Source of the DNA: Candidatus Omnitrophota bacterium
GTDB taxonomy: Bacteria; Omnitrophota; Gorgyraeia; Duberdicusellales; 4484-171
Direction of reading: 5' to 3'
DNA length: 64,000 nt
Assembly (NCBI GenBank): GCA_028713415.1
Contig: JAQTOI010000001.1
Span: 18,651-82,650 of the forward strand
In this document: piece after piece, positions 56,981 to 64,000 of the stretch
Numbering within the stretch: position 1 is the stretch's first letter
Layout: the number at the start of each line of letters is the position of its first letter
The notes under the pieces: model-generated
Seen by the model: the letters and a program-made list of their open reading frames with translations, nothing else
The model's database searches: none
What the model was told of the DNA's origin: nothing
Translations under genes and position numbers: made by a program

Positions 56981-57096
56981 TCACGAATTACCACTAATTT
57001 GGGACGAATTTACACGAATAAATTCGTGGCAATTTGTCTTTAATTCGTGGGCATTCGCGTAAAGAGTTTTAACGGTATTAATTAAATAATTAACGC

Positions 57097-57330
57097 ATGA
57101 TTAAAAAGTCTTTAAAATACAACGAGGCGATAGAGGAGTTAAATGCTATTCTGGCAGATTTGGAATCAGAACGTATTGACGTTGATGAGATTTCTATCAA
57201 AGTCAAACGCGCCATAGAGCTTATTAAAGTCTGCCGGGGAAAAATAGAGAATACGGAGCTGGAAGTGCGTAAAATTGTCAAAGAATTCGATAAAGATTTA
57301 GAAAAAGGTGAAGCTCGACAAGAAGGGTGA
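57097..57330 (+). CDS. xseB: Exodeoxyribonuclease VII small subunit
   Basis: 77 aa. YNEAIEELNAILADLESERIDVDEISIKVKRAIELIKVCRGKIENTELEV matches the XseB helical-hairpin pattern. Confidence 0.8.
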   Translation: MIKKSLKYNEAIEELNAILADLESERIDVDEISIKVKRAIELIKVCRGKIENTELEVRKIVKEFDKDLEKGEARQEG

Positions 57331-58304
57331 GTAATATGGTATCTTTAAAGTTGAGAATGTGGTTATTGACGACAATCCTTTTTGGAATTATCTATGTGAT
57401 TGTATTTTTCGTCCTGCGCTCGATAGGCGTGGGTAACCTCTATACCTATCTTATTTTCGCAAGCGTTATAACAATCTTTCAGTATTTTGTTGGGCCAAAA
57501 ATCGTGGAAATGTCCATGCGGGTCCAGTATCTTAAGCGGGAAGAAGCCCCTTGGCTTTTTGAGATGGTTGAAAATCTGGCCAGGGGCGCAAATATCCCTG
57601 TGCCTAGAATAGGCGTATCGCGTATTAACGTGCCCAATGCTTTTGCTTTCGGCAGGAGCATACGGGACGGTAGGATTTGTGTTACCCAAGGTATTCTTGA
57701 TTTACTAAGCCGTGATGAGTTGCGCGCTGTCTTGGGCCATGAAATGACGCATTTAAAAAGCAGGGACGTCCTCTTTATCACCTTTCTCTCGGTAATTCCC
57801 TTGATTCTTTATCAGTTGTTTTATAGCCTTACCTTTTACGGTGGATACTCCCGCAGACGAGATGGGGGTGCCAATACTGCATTACTTGGTTTAGTGGCCT
57901 TCGTATTTTATTTCATTACCAACCTTTTAGTGCTTTATGCTTCGCGTATCCGTGAATACTATGCTGACAGGGGTTCGGTAAAATTAGGAAATGCGCCTTC
58001 TAGCCTTGCCTCAGCCTTGTATAAACTCGTATATGGCGCAGCGCGAGCCCCTAGGGAAGAATTGCGGCAAGCTGAAGGAGTAAAAGCGTTTTTTCTTAAT
58101 GATGTGTCGCACGCCAAAACCGAGATAGCGGATTTAGCCAGCCTTGATTTAGACAAAAGTGGCACTATAGACCCTTTCGAATTAAAAGCATTACAACAAA
58201 AAGAGATAAGGCTTACAACAAGTGACAAACTCATGGAAGCCTTAAGTACCCATCCCAATATGCTTAAGCGTATCAAGCAACTTTCTGGTTATAGCAGAAT
58301 TTAA
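57327..58304 (+). CDS. htpX: Zinc metalloprotease HtpX (peptidase M48)
   Basis: 325 aa. HEMTH zinc-binding motif in AVLGHEMTHLKSRD. Four TM helices. ORF-track start is GTG 57327 overlapping the xseB stop; the alternative ATG at 57336 has a better SD. Confidence 0.8.
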   Translation: MSNMVSLKLRMWLLTTILFGIIYVIVFFVLRSIGVGNLYTYLIFASVITIFQYFVGPKIVEMSMRVQYLKREEAPWLFEMVENLARGANIPVPRIGVSRINVPNAFAFGRSIRDGRICVTQGILDLLSRDELRAVLGHEMTHLKSRDVLFITFLSVIPLILYQLFYSLTFYGGYSRRRDGGANTALLGLVAFVFYFITNLLVLYASRIREYYADRGSVKLGNAPSSLASALYKLVYGAARAPREELRQAEGVKAFFLNDVSHAKTEIADLASLDLDKSGTIDPFELKALQQKEIRLTTSDKLMEALSTHPNMLKRIKQLSGYSRI

Positions 58305-58831
58305 TCCCTCCTCACCAGGCGGCCGCATAATTTTGCCCTCTTCTGAAACCGTTTACAAAAAACGCAAATTTACTCTTAAAACCGCTGGCTCCCCTCTACC
58401 TATATATGTTATATTGAATTGTTTACTAATTGTATGGCTAATTGTTGGCCTAATAAGGGCTGCCGGAGGGGACGGCACTTAAACCCGTGCGTTCCTCCTA
58501 AGGGAACAATAGAACAATTGAGCATTAGACCGCAATTGAGCCTTCATTCTTTCTATTGTTCTATTATCTATTGCTCAATTGCTCTGTCTGATTTTGCCAA
58601 GGGCAAAATAAGACTGCCGGGGGTAACGCGGTCGATGAAAACCCATCATCCACCTCCTAAAAAGGCAATATCCCCGGCGGTTTTTATTAAACCACCACAA
58701 TTTAGCGCTTAAGGAATAAACCTCGTTAATCCTATGCTATTTATACCTTTTAGGTTTACCGGAGGAGAAAATCCGCATATTGCTAATAGCAGCTTGCGTT
58801 TTTCCGGTGTAATAAAAAATTAAATTCATAC

Positions 58832-58859
58832 TTTACAAAATAAAAAAAGAGCATATAAT
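58832..58859 (+). promoter_or_regulatory. Candidate sigma70 promoter for rpsO-pnp. -35 TTTACA (58832-58837), 16-bp spacer, -10 TATAAT (58854-58859). About 120-nt leader containing a CTTCGAA/TTCGAA hairpin.
   Basis: Read directly. S15 is known to autoregulate via structures in its own leader in diverse bacteria. Confidence 0.4.
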
Positions 58860-58987
58860 AGCATCTGTTCTTCGATAAGTGTAGTTTTTCGCCTTCAAAA
58901 CTAAGCCCCCAGGGAGCTTCGAAGTTGTTCGAAAGGCCCTTTGAATCAATATTGACAGGCTAAATGAAAGGAGTATGATAGGATATT

Positions 58988-59251
58988 ATGCTTACTAAAG
59001 GACGAAAGAAAAATTTAATCGATAAGTTCAAAGAACACCAACAAGATACAGGCTCGGCTTCTGTGCAGGTAGCGCTGCTTACTGAACGGATTAATTACCT
59101 TACAGATCACCTCAAGAAACATAAGAAGGATTTTCATTCCCGCCGCGGCCTCTTAATGCTCGTAGGAAGGCGCCGCCGTCTGCTAACCTATCTTAAGAGA
59201 AAAGATCCTCCGGGCTACGGAGAGGTGGCAAAGGAATTGGACCTTAAATAA
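58988..59251 (+). CDS. rpsO: 30S ribosomal protein S15
   Basis: 87 aa. ...DTGSASVQVALLTERINYLTDHLKKHKKDFHSRRGLLMLVGRRRRLLTYLKRKD is near-universal S15 sequence. Confidence 0.9.
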   Translation: MLTKGRKKNLIDKFKEHQQDTGSASVQVALLTERINYLTDHLKKHKKDFHSRRGLLMLVGRRRRLLTYLKRKDPPGYGEVAKELDLK

Positions 59252-59252
59252 A

Positions 59253-61334
59253 ATGGGTGTTTCTCTGTCTATCTCTAATTTAGGAAGGAGTTCTTTTAAT
59301 TTTTCTACCGGTGATTGGGCGCGCCAGGCTAACGGCAGCGTTGTGGCTTCTTATGGAGATACTGTATTGCTGGCTACTGCTTGCGTTTCCAAAGAACCTC
59401 AAACAAAAGGTTTTTTCCCACTTACCGTAGAGTATCAAGAGAGAACTTACGCCATGGGTAAAATACCCGGCGGTTTTATAAAAAGGGAAGGCCGCCCGAA
59501 AGATTCTGAAATACTTTCCGCCCGCCTAGTGGATAGGCCACTTCGCCCGCTTTTTCCCGCAGGGCTTACCAACGAAATCCAAATCGTTATTATGGTGCTT
59601 TCAAGCGACGCTAAGAATGACCCCGATACGCTCGCCATTAACGCGGCCAGCGCAGCCTTGCTCATTTCCGATATACCCTTTGATAATCCCGTAGGCGCGG
59701 TAAGAGTTTCAAAAGTAGATGATCAGCTGTTAATTAACCCGACTTATGAAGAGCGTGAAAAGTCAACGATTGATTTTGTTATAGCCGGAACTGCAGAAAA
59801 GATAGTAATGCTGGAAGGTAATTTTGGAGAAATCAACGAAGGAGAGGCGTTAAATGTTATTAAATTCGCGCACCCTGCCATAAAAGAAATAATCAACCTG
59901 CAAAAATCTTTACAACGCAAGACCGGTAAGCAGAAAAAAGTTTTTCCTTTATCAGTGCCGGATGAGAATTTAATCAACGCCTTAAGGCCTTTGGTGCTTG
60001 CTAAATTGGAAAGTATCTACGGCATGTTAAATAAAGAAGAGCGTGAAACCCAGGTGAACGAGCTTATTTCTTCTTTTTATGCGGAGAAGCTTAAAGAAAA
60101 TCCCCAGATTACACAAGAAGCCGTAGCTTGCGCTTTTGAAGTTTTGGAGGATTCTTTTTTACGTAAAAAAATCATGGAAGAAGGAAAGCGTCCGGACGGC
60201 AGGTCTCTAGATGAAATACGGCCTATAGACTGCAAGGTCAGTGTCCTGCCGCGTACTCATGGTTCAAGCGTTTTTACGCGGGGACAAACCCAGTCTTTAG
60301 CCGTGACTACCCTGGGCACCAGTTCTGATGCGCAGCATATCGAGGCCTTGGAGGGTGAGCAATCCAAGCATTTTATGCTGCATTATATTTTCCCGCCCTT
60401 TAGCGTGGGGGAAATTAAACCCATGAGAGGGCCTTCGCGCAGGGACATAGGCCACGGTGCGCTGGCAGAAAAAGCTTTATTGAGAGTGATCCCTTCAAAG
60501 GAAAATTTCCCTTATACCATACGGTTGGTTTCCGAGATTTTAGAATCCAACGGTTCTTCCAGTATGGCTACGGTATGCGCTTCATCATTATCGCTTATGG
60601 ATGCTGGAGTGCCCATAAAGAACCCTGTCGCGGGAATTGCCATGGGCCTTGTTTCGCAAGGGAGCAATTTTAAAATTCTTACCGATATCGCCGGGCTTGA
60701 AGACCACTACGGAGAAATGGATTTTAAGATTGCCGGAACAGAGAACGGCATAAACGCGATTCAACTGGATATAAAGTCAGAAGGGCTTACTTACGAAATC
60801 ATAGAAGCGGCGCTTGCAGCCGCGAAAGAAGCGCGATTGATTATTTTAAAAAAGATGAATGCGGCCATATCCACTCCGCGCGAGGCGGTTGCGCAATACG
60901 CACCGAAAATTAAGACTTTCAAGATAGATTCAGAAAAAATCGGAGCAGTTATAGGGCCTGGAGGAAAAATTATCAGGCGTATTTCCCGCGAAAATAACGC
61001 GACTATAGACATTGACGATGAAGCAGGAACCGTTTCCGTAATGGCATACACCCAGGAGGAGCTCGAAAGAGTTGTCAAAATTGTTATTAATTTAACCAAA
61101 GAGATAGAACCGGGAGAAGTTTTTGAGGGAAAGATTACGCGCATAGCCAATTTTGGAGCCTTCTGTGAAATCCTTCCCGGAAAACAGGGCCTTATCCACG
61201 TTTCTGAAATAGCCAATACTTACGTGAAAGATGTAAGAGATTTCCTTAAAGAAGGGGATATAGTAAAAGTTAAAGTGATAGGCATAGACAACCAGGGCAA
61301 GATCAACTTGAGCATGAAGCAGATAGAGCCTTAA
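59253..61334 (+). CDS. pnp: Polynucleotide phosphorylase (polyribonucleotide nucleotidyltransferase)
   Basis: 693 aa. Two RNase PH-like domains. C-terminal KH (IGAVIGPGGKIIRRI) and S1 (GEVFEGKITRIANFGAFCEILPGKQGLIHVSEIA) domains. Immediately downstream of rpsO. Confidence 0.9.
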   Translation: MGVSLSISNLGRSSFNFSTGDWARQANGSVVASYGDTVLLATACVSKEPQTKGFFPLTVEYQERTYAMGKIPGGFIKREGRPKDSEILSARLVDRPLRPLFPAGLTNEIQIVIMVLSSDAKNDPDTLAINAASAALLISDIPFDNPVGAVRVSKVDDQLLINPTYEEREKSTIDFVIAGTAEKIVMLEGNFGEINEGEALNVIKFAHPAIKEIINLQKSLQRKTGKQKKVFPLSVPDENLINALRPLVLAKLESIYGMLNKEERETQVNELISSFYAEKLKENPQITQEAVACAFEVLEDSFLRKKIMEEGKRPDGRSLDEIRPIDCKVSVLPRTHGSSVFTRGQTQSLAVTTLGTSSDAQHIEALEGEQSKHFMLHYIFPPFSVGEIKPMRGPSRRDIGHGALAEKALLRVIPSKENFPYTIRLVSEILESNGSSSMATVCASSLSLMDAGVPIKNPVAGIAMGLVSQGSNFKILTDIAGLEDHYGEMDFKIAGTENGINAIQLDIKSEGLTYEIIEAALAAAKEARLIILKKMNAAISTPREAVAQYAPKIKTFKIDSEKIGAVIGPGGKIIRRISRENNATIDIDDEAGTVSVMAYTQEELERVVKIVINLTKEIEPGEVFEGKITRIANFGAFCEILPGKQGLIHVSEIANTYVKDVRDFLKEGDIVKVKVIGIDNQGKINLSMKQIEP

Positions 61335-61380
61335 GCGCTAATTGCCGCTAATTCGTTTTGCGGGAGTTAGCGCATTTTTC
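61335..61380 (+). terminator. Terminator-like hairpin after pnp: GCGCTAA...CCGC-loop-GCGG...TTAGCGC followed by A + TTTTT
   Basis: Read directly. It overlaps the TTG-initiated 5' extension of the ftsK ORF in the ORF track, arguing for the later ATG. Confidence 0.4.
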
Positions 61381-61402
61381 ATCCGCGGTAATTCGCGCCT
61401 AT

Positions 61403-63670
61403 ATGAAAAAAATTTCGTCTTTATTAAAGAGCGCAACTCTTTTTTTTGTAGCAAGCATAATATTTTTAAGCCTTCTTTCTTATACCCCGCGCGACATCCC
61501 CTTTTTAACATATCCACCTTCAGGTGTTACCCATAATTTTGTCGGCATATTCGGCGCTTACCTGGCCTTCGGGCTTTTTTTTGTTTTTGGTTATGCCTCT
61601 TACTTTTTTCCTTTTTATTTTTTCTGCCTTGGCCTTGCCTGCTTCCAGATTGTCCGGTTCTGCGGGTTAGGCAAGAGTAAGATTGTCAATATAATTTCAT
61701 TTTGTTTTTTTATTATTTTCCTTTCCGCTTTTGTAGGGTTATTTATAGAAGACCCATCAGGCAACAACTTATTCAAATATGCCGGGATAACGGGGTGGTA
61801 CCTTGCTACTTTTGCCAAAAAATATTTAGGCACGCAGGGTTCGTTTATTACCGTGGGGCTGCTTCTTGTAGTAAATGCACTTTTGTTGTTCGGTTACTTT
61901 TTCTTGGATTTATTTCCTCTAGCCTCGCGCGCCTGTAAAAGTATGTTTAATTATTTGGGCTCAGCCATTGCGCACAGGCGCGAATCAAAATATATAAAAC
62001 TTCCTGCTTCCGGTGAAGCTTTTGAAGATAAAAAGAGAAAAGTTCTCAAAGAGCAGGATTTAAAACCGAAGGAGTTAAATGGAGAGAAGAAATCCGGAAT
62101 AAAACCGGAAATAAAATTTTACAACCCAAAACCAGCCGTAGTAGCTAAGCCCAAGGATGTCCTGCCTAAAGAGACAAGTGGCGATAAGGCTCTCGAGCAG
62201 GCCGCCGCTCAAAAAAAGATAGAAACACTCGAGGGGGAGCTTACGAAAAAGTTCGACCCTAAAACATACAAGCTGCCTTCGTACGAAATCCTGAAAGTCC
62301 CTCCTGCGCTTGATTATCGCGAGGTAAAAGAAGATATTGAAGCAAGTATAGCCAACCTGGAAGATACACTTTCTGACTTTGGCGTCGAGACTAAAGTGGT
62401 TAGCGTGCAAAAAGGCCCCGTGGTGACCATGTATGAGCTGCAGCCCGCGGCAGGCGTTAAAATACAGAAAATTTCTGCCCTCGCAGATGATATCGCTCTT
62501 GCGATGAAATCTTCATCGGCACGGGTAGTAGCGCCTATACCAGGGCGAGGCACCGTGGGCGTTGAGATACCTAATGAGAAAAAACACCTGGTATCTTTCC
62601 GGGAAGTTTTAGAAGAAAAGGCTTTCATTAATTCTTCTTCAAAGTTAACGCTGGCTATCGGAAAAGACGTCTCCGGCAACGCTGTGGTGGCGGATTTAAA
62701 AGACATGCCGCACCTTTTAATAGCGGGAACCACAGGTTCAGGCAAAACTGTTTGTGTTAATTCTCTTGTTTGCTCGATTTTAGTGAAAGCAAAGCCTGAT
62801 GAGGTGAAGTTCATTCTTATTGACCCTAAGATGGTAGAGCTGGCGCATTTTGCCGGTATCCCTCATCTTATTCATCCGATTATTTTTGAAGCAAAAAAAG
62901 CTTTTGTTGCATTAAACTGGGCGGTAGAAGAAATGGAACGCAGGTATCAACTGCTTGCGGGCGAGGGCGCACGCAATATTGATATGTACAATAAAAACGG
63001 CAATAAGATGCCGTACATTATTATTATTGTCGATGAACTGGCTGACCTTATGGTGGTAGCTAAAGAAAATATCGAAACCGCTATCCAGCGCCTGGCTCAA
63101 TTATCAAGAGCCGTAGGAATTCACCTGGTATTGGCGACCCAGAGGCCTTCGGTTGATGTTGTTACCGGAGTTATTAAAGCGAATTTTCCCGCGAGAATCT
63201 CTTTTAAAGTATCTTCGAAAGTGGACTCGCGCACCGTGCTTGATTCGATGGGCGCGGATAAACTTATCGGCAAAGGAGATTTGTTATTTTTGAAGCCCGG
63301 CGCCCCAAAATTGATTCGCGCACAAGGCTGTTACGTTGACGATGAAGATATAGATAATTTCACCTCATTTATGAGAAATCAGGGAGGCCCCATTTACGAA
63401 GAAGGCATTACGCAAGCGGAGAAAAAAGGCACGATGAATGTCGAAGAGGATGAGTTATTCGAGGATGCGATAAAAACTATTCTGCAAGCGCGGCAAGCCT
63501 CCGCGTCTATCTTGCAGCGCAGGATGCGCGTGGGTTATACCCGCGCCGCGAGGCTTCTTGACTTAATGGAGCAGGCCGGGATTGTCGGGCCGTTCTGCGG
63601 CAGTAAGGCTCGCGAAATTTTAGTTGACCCAGAAATTTACCAGAAAGAAAAAGGGTGGATTCCGTCATGA
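61403..63670 (+). CDS. ftsK: DNA translocase FtsK/SpoIIIE
   Basis: N-terminal 4-5 TM helices. Linker region. Motor domain with Walker A LIAGTTGSGKTVCVNSL and ...IVDELADLM. C-terminal gamma winged-helix (SASILQRRMRVGYTRAARLLDLMEQAGIVGP). Start moved from the TTG at 61358 to the ATG at 61403 (MKKISSLLKS). Confidence 0.85.
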   Translation: MKKISSLLKSATLFFVASIIFLSLLSYTPRDIPFLTYPPSGVTHNFVGIFGAYLAFGLFFVFGYASYFFPFYFFCLGLACFQIVRFCGLGKSKIVNIISFCFFIIFLSAFVGLFIEDPSGNNLFKYAGITGWYLATFAKKYLGTQGSFITVGLLLVVNALLLFGYFFLDLFPLASRACKSMFNYLGSAIAHRRESKYIKLPASGEAFEDKKRKVLKEQDLKPKELNGEKKSGIKPEIKFYNPKPAVVAKPKDVLPKETSGDKALEQAAAQKKIETLEGELTKKFDPKTYKLPSYEILKVPPALDYREVKEDIEASIANLEDTLSDFGVETKVVSVQKGPVVTMYELQPAAGVKIQKISALADDIALAMKSSSARVVAPIPGRGTVGVEIPNEKKHLVSFREVLEEKAFINSSSKLTLAIGKDVSGNAVVADLKDMPHLLIAGTTGSGKTVCVNSLVCSILVKAKPDEVKFILIDPKMVELAHFAGIPHLIHPIIFEAKKAFVALNWAVEEMERRYQLLAGEGARNIDMYNKNGNKMPYIIIIVDELADLMVVAKENIETAIQRLAQLSRAVGIHLVLATQRPSVDVVTGVIKANFPARISFKVSSKVDSRTVLDSMGADKLIGKGDLLFLKPGAPKLIRAQGCYVDDEDIDNFTSFMRNQGGPIYEEGITQAEKKGTMNVEEDELFEDAIKTILQARQASASILQRRMRVGYTRAARLLDLMEQAGIVGPFCGSKAREILVDPEIYQKEKGWIPS

Positions 63671-64000
63671 ACGAAGAGATAGGCGCTAAATTAAAAACAC
63701 GCAGGCAGGAATTGGGCTTGAGCATTGAAGAAGTAGTTGAAAAAACTAAATTATACCCATCGGTTATCCGTGACCTTGAGGAAGGAAACTTCTCTAACAT
63801 CAACCACGCTTACTTAAAGGGCTTTATAAAAATTTATGCTTCATTTTTAGGCTTAAACTATTCCGAGCTGTCCAAGGTTGCAGGCGGAGAACAAATTAAA
63901 CCCAAAGATGATAAAAAAAACGCGCCGGCTTTCGTAGTGGATAAGGCGCCCAAAATAAAGTTTACCATAAAAGCTATACCTTTGCGCGTGCGTCAAGTTA
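63667..64000 (+). CDS. HTH (XRE-type) domain protein, RodZ-like; 5' partial (continues beyond window)
   Basis: ATGA overlap with the ftsK stop. MNEEIGAKLKTRRQELGLSIEEVVEKTKLYPSVIRDLEEGNF... is a Cro/C1-type HTH as at the N-terminus of RodZ-like proteins. No stop before the window end. Confidence 0.5.
   Translation, partial: MNEEIGAKLKTRRQELGLSIEEVVEKTKLYPSVIRDLEEGNFSNINHAYLKGFIKIYASFLGLNYSELSKVAGGEQIKPKDDKKNAPAFVVDKAPKIKFTIKAIPLRVRQV

Noticed and set aside
58419-58712. 97-aa Cys-rich ORF in the htpX-rpsO gap
   Set aside because: It coincides exactly with the highly self-complementary core element. Codon usage is unlike the flanking genes. Treated as a probable ncRNA or structured DNA, not as a protein, although a small metal-binding peptide cannot be fully excluded.
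58305-58987. Possibility that the long gap encodes tmRNA, RNase P RNA or a tRNA
   Set aside because: I could not find the tRNA-like acceptor/T-arm (GGTTCGAATCC...CCA), the tmRNA resume-codon region, or the RNase P conserved GGAAAGUCCGGGC / AGGGUGAAANGGUG blocks by eye. Left as an unclassified structured element pending a covariance-model scan.
61358-61402. TTG-initiated 5' extension of ftsK
   Set aside because: It would translate the pnp terminator hairpin. The ATG at 61403 gives a typical FtsK N-terminus (MKKISSLLKS followed by a TM helix).
1-64000. CRISPR arrays, integrases/transposases, rRNA/tRNA genes
   Set aside because: No regularly spaced direct repeats with unique spacers, no DDE/tyrosine-recombinase-like ORFs and no rRNA/tRNA signatures were seen. 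The only mobile-element-like hint is the small Xis-like HTH gene, which lacks a partner integrase in this window.

Overview
Low-GC (~38-40%) bacterial window. Most of it, about 358 to 55469, is one large co-directional glycan-biosynthesis island that reads like an LPS O-antigen or capsule locus. All genes are on the + strand except a single GT2 gene at 4119-4859. Many adjacent genes overlap by 4-50 bp, which suggests translational coupling.

The island contains the following.
- Two polyprenyl-phosphate phosphoglycosyltransferases (priming enzymes), one at each end (358-1770 and 48204-49607).
- Two Wzy_C-family O-antigen ligase/polymerase proteins and one Wzx flippase.
- A complete pseudaminic-acid pathway (PseB, PseC, PseF-like, PseG, PseH, PseI). 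Extra tailoring genes sit between its members: a B12-binding radical SAM enzyme, methyltransferases, a class III aminotransferase, a formyltransferase and a LmbE/PIG-L deacetylase.
- An Arn-like module built on a fused SDR-DegT aminotransferase protein, with ArnT-like and ArnC-like partners and a GNAT.
- At least six GT-C type membrane glycosyltransferases (YfhO-like and ArnT/PMT-like).
- Five polyprenyl-P-sugar synthase-like GT2s, five GT4s and a GT9 heptosyltransferase-like protein.
- Two UDP-GlcNAc 2-epimerases and about seven SAM-dependent methyltransferases.

A small excisionase-family HTH gene at 15101-15340 sits between the Arn-like and Pse modules. It has its own near-consensus promoter and a 10-bp-phased array of TGACTA repeats upstream.

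Downstream of the island are housekeeping genes: xseA, xseB, htpX, rpsO-pnp, ftsK, and the 5' part of an HTH/RodZ-like gene. Several intergenic regions are unusually structured (55500-55597, 56981-57096, 58420-58700).

No CRISPR array, rRNA, tRNA, transposase or integrase was recognised. All calls rest on motif and family recognition from the translated ORFs and on direct reading of the DNA. No database search was run.
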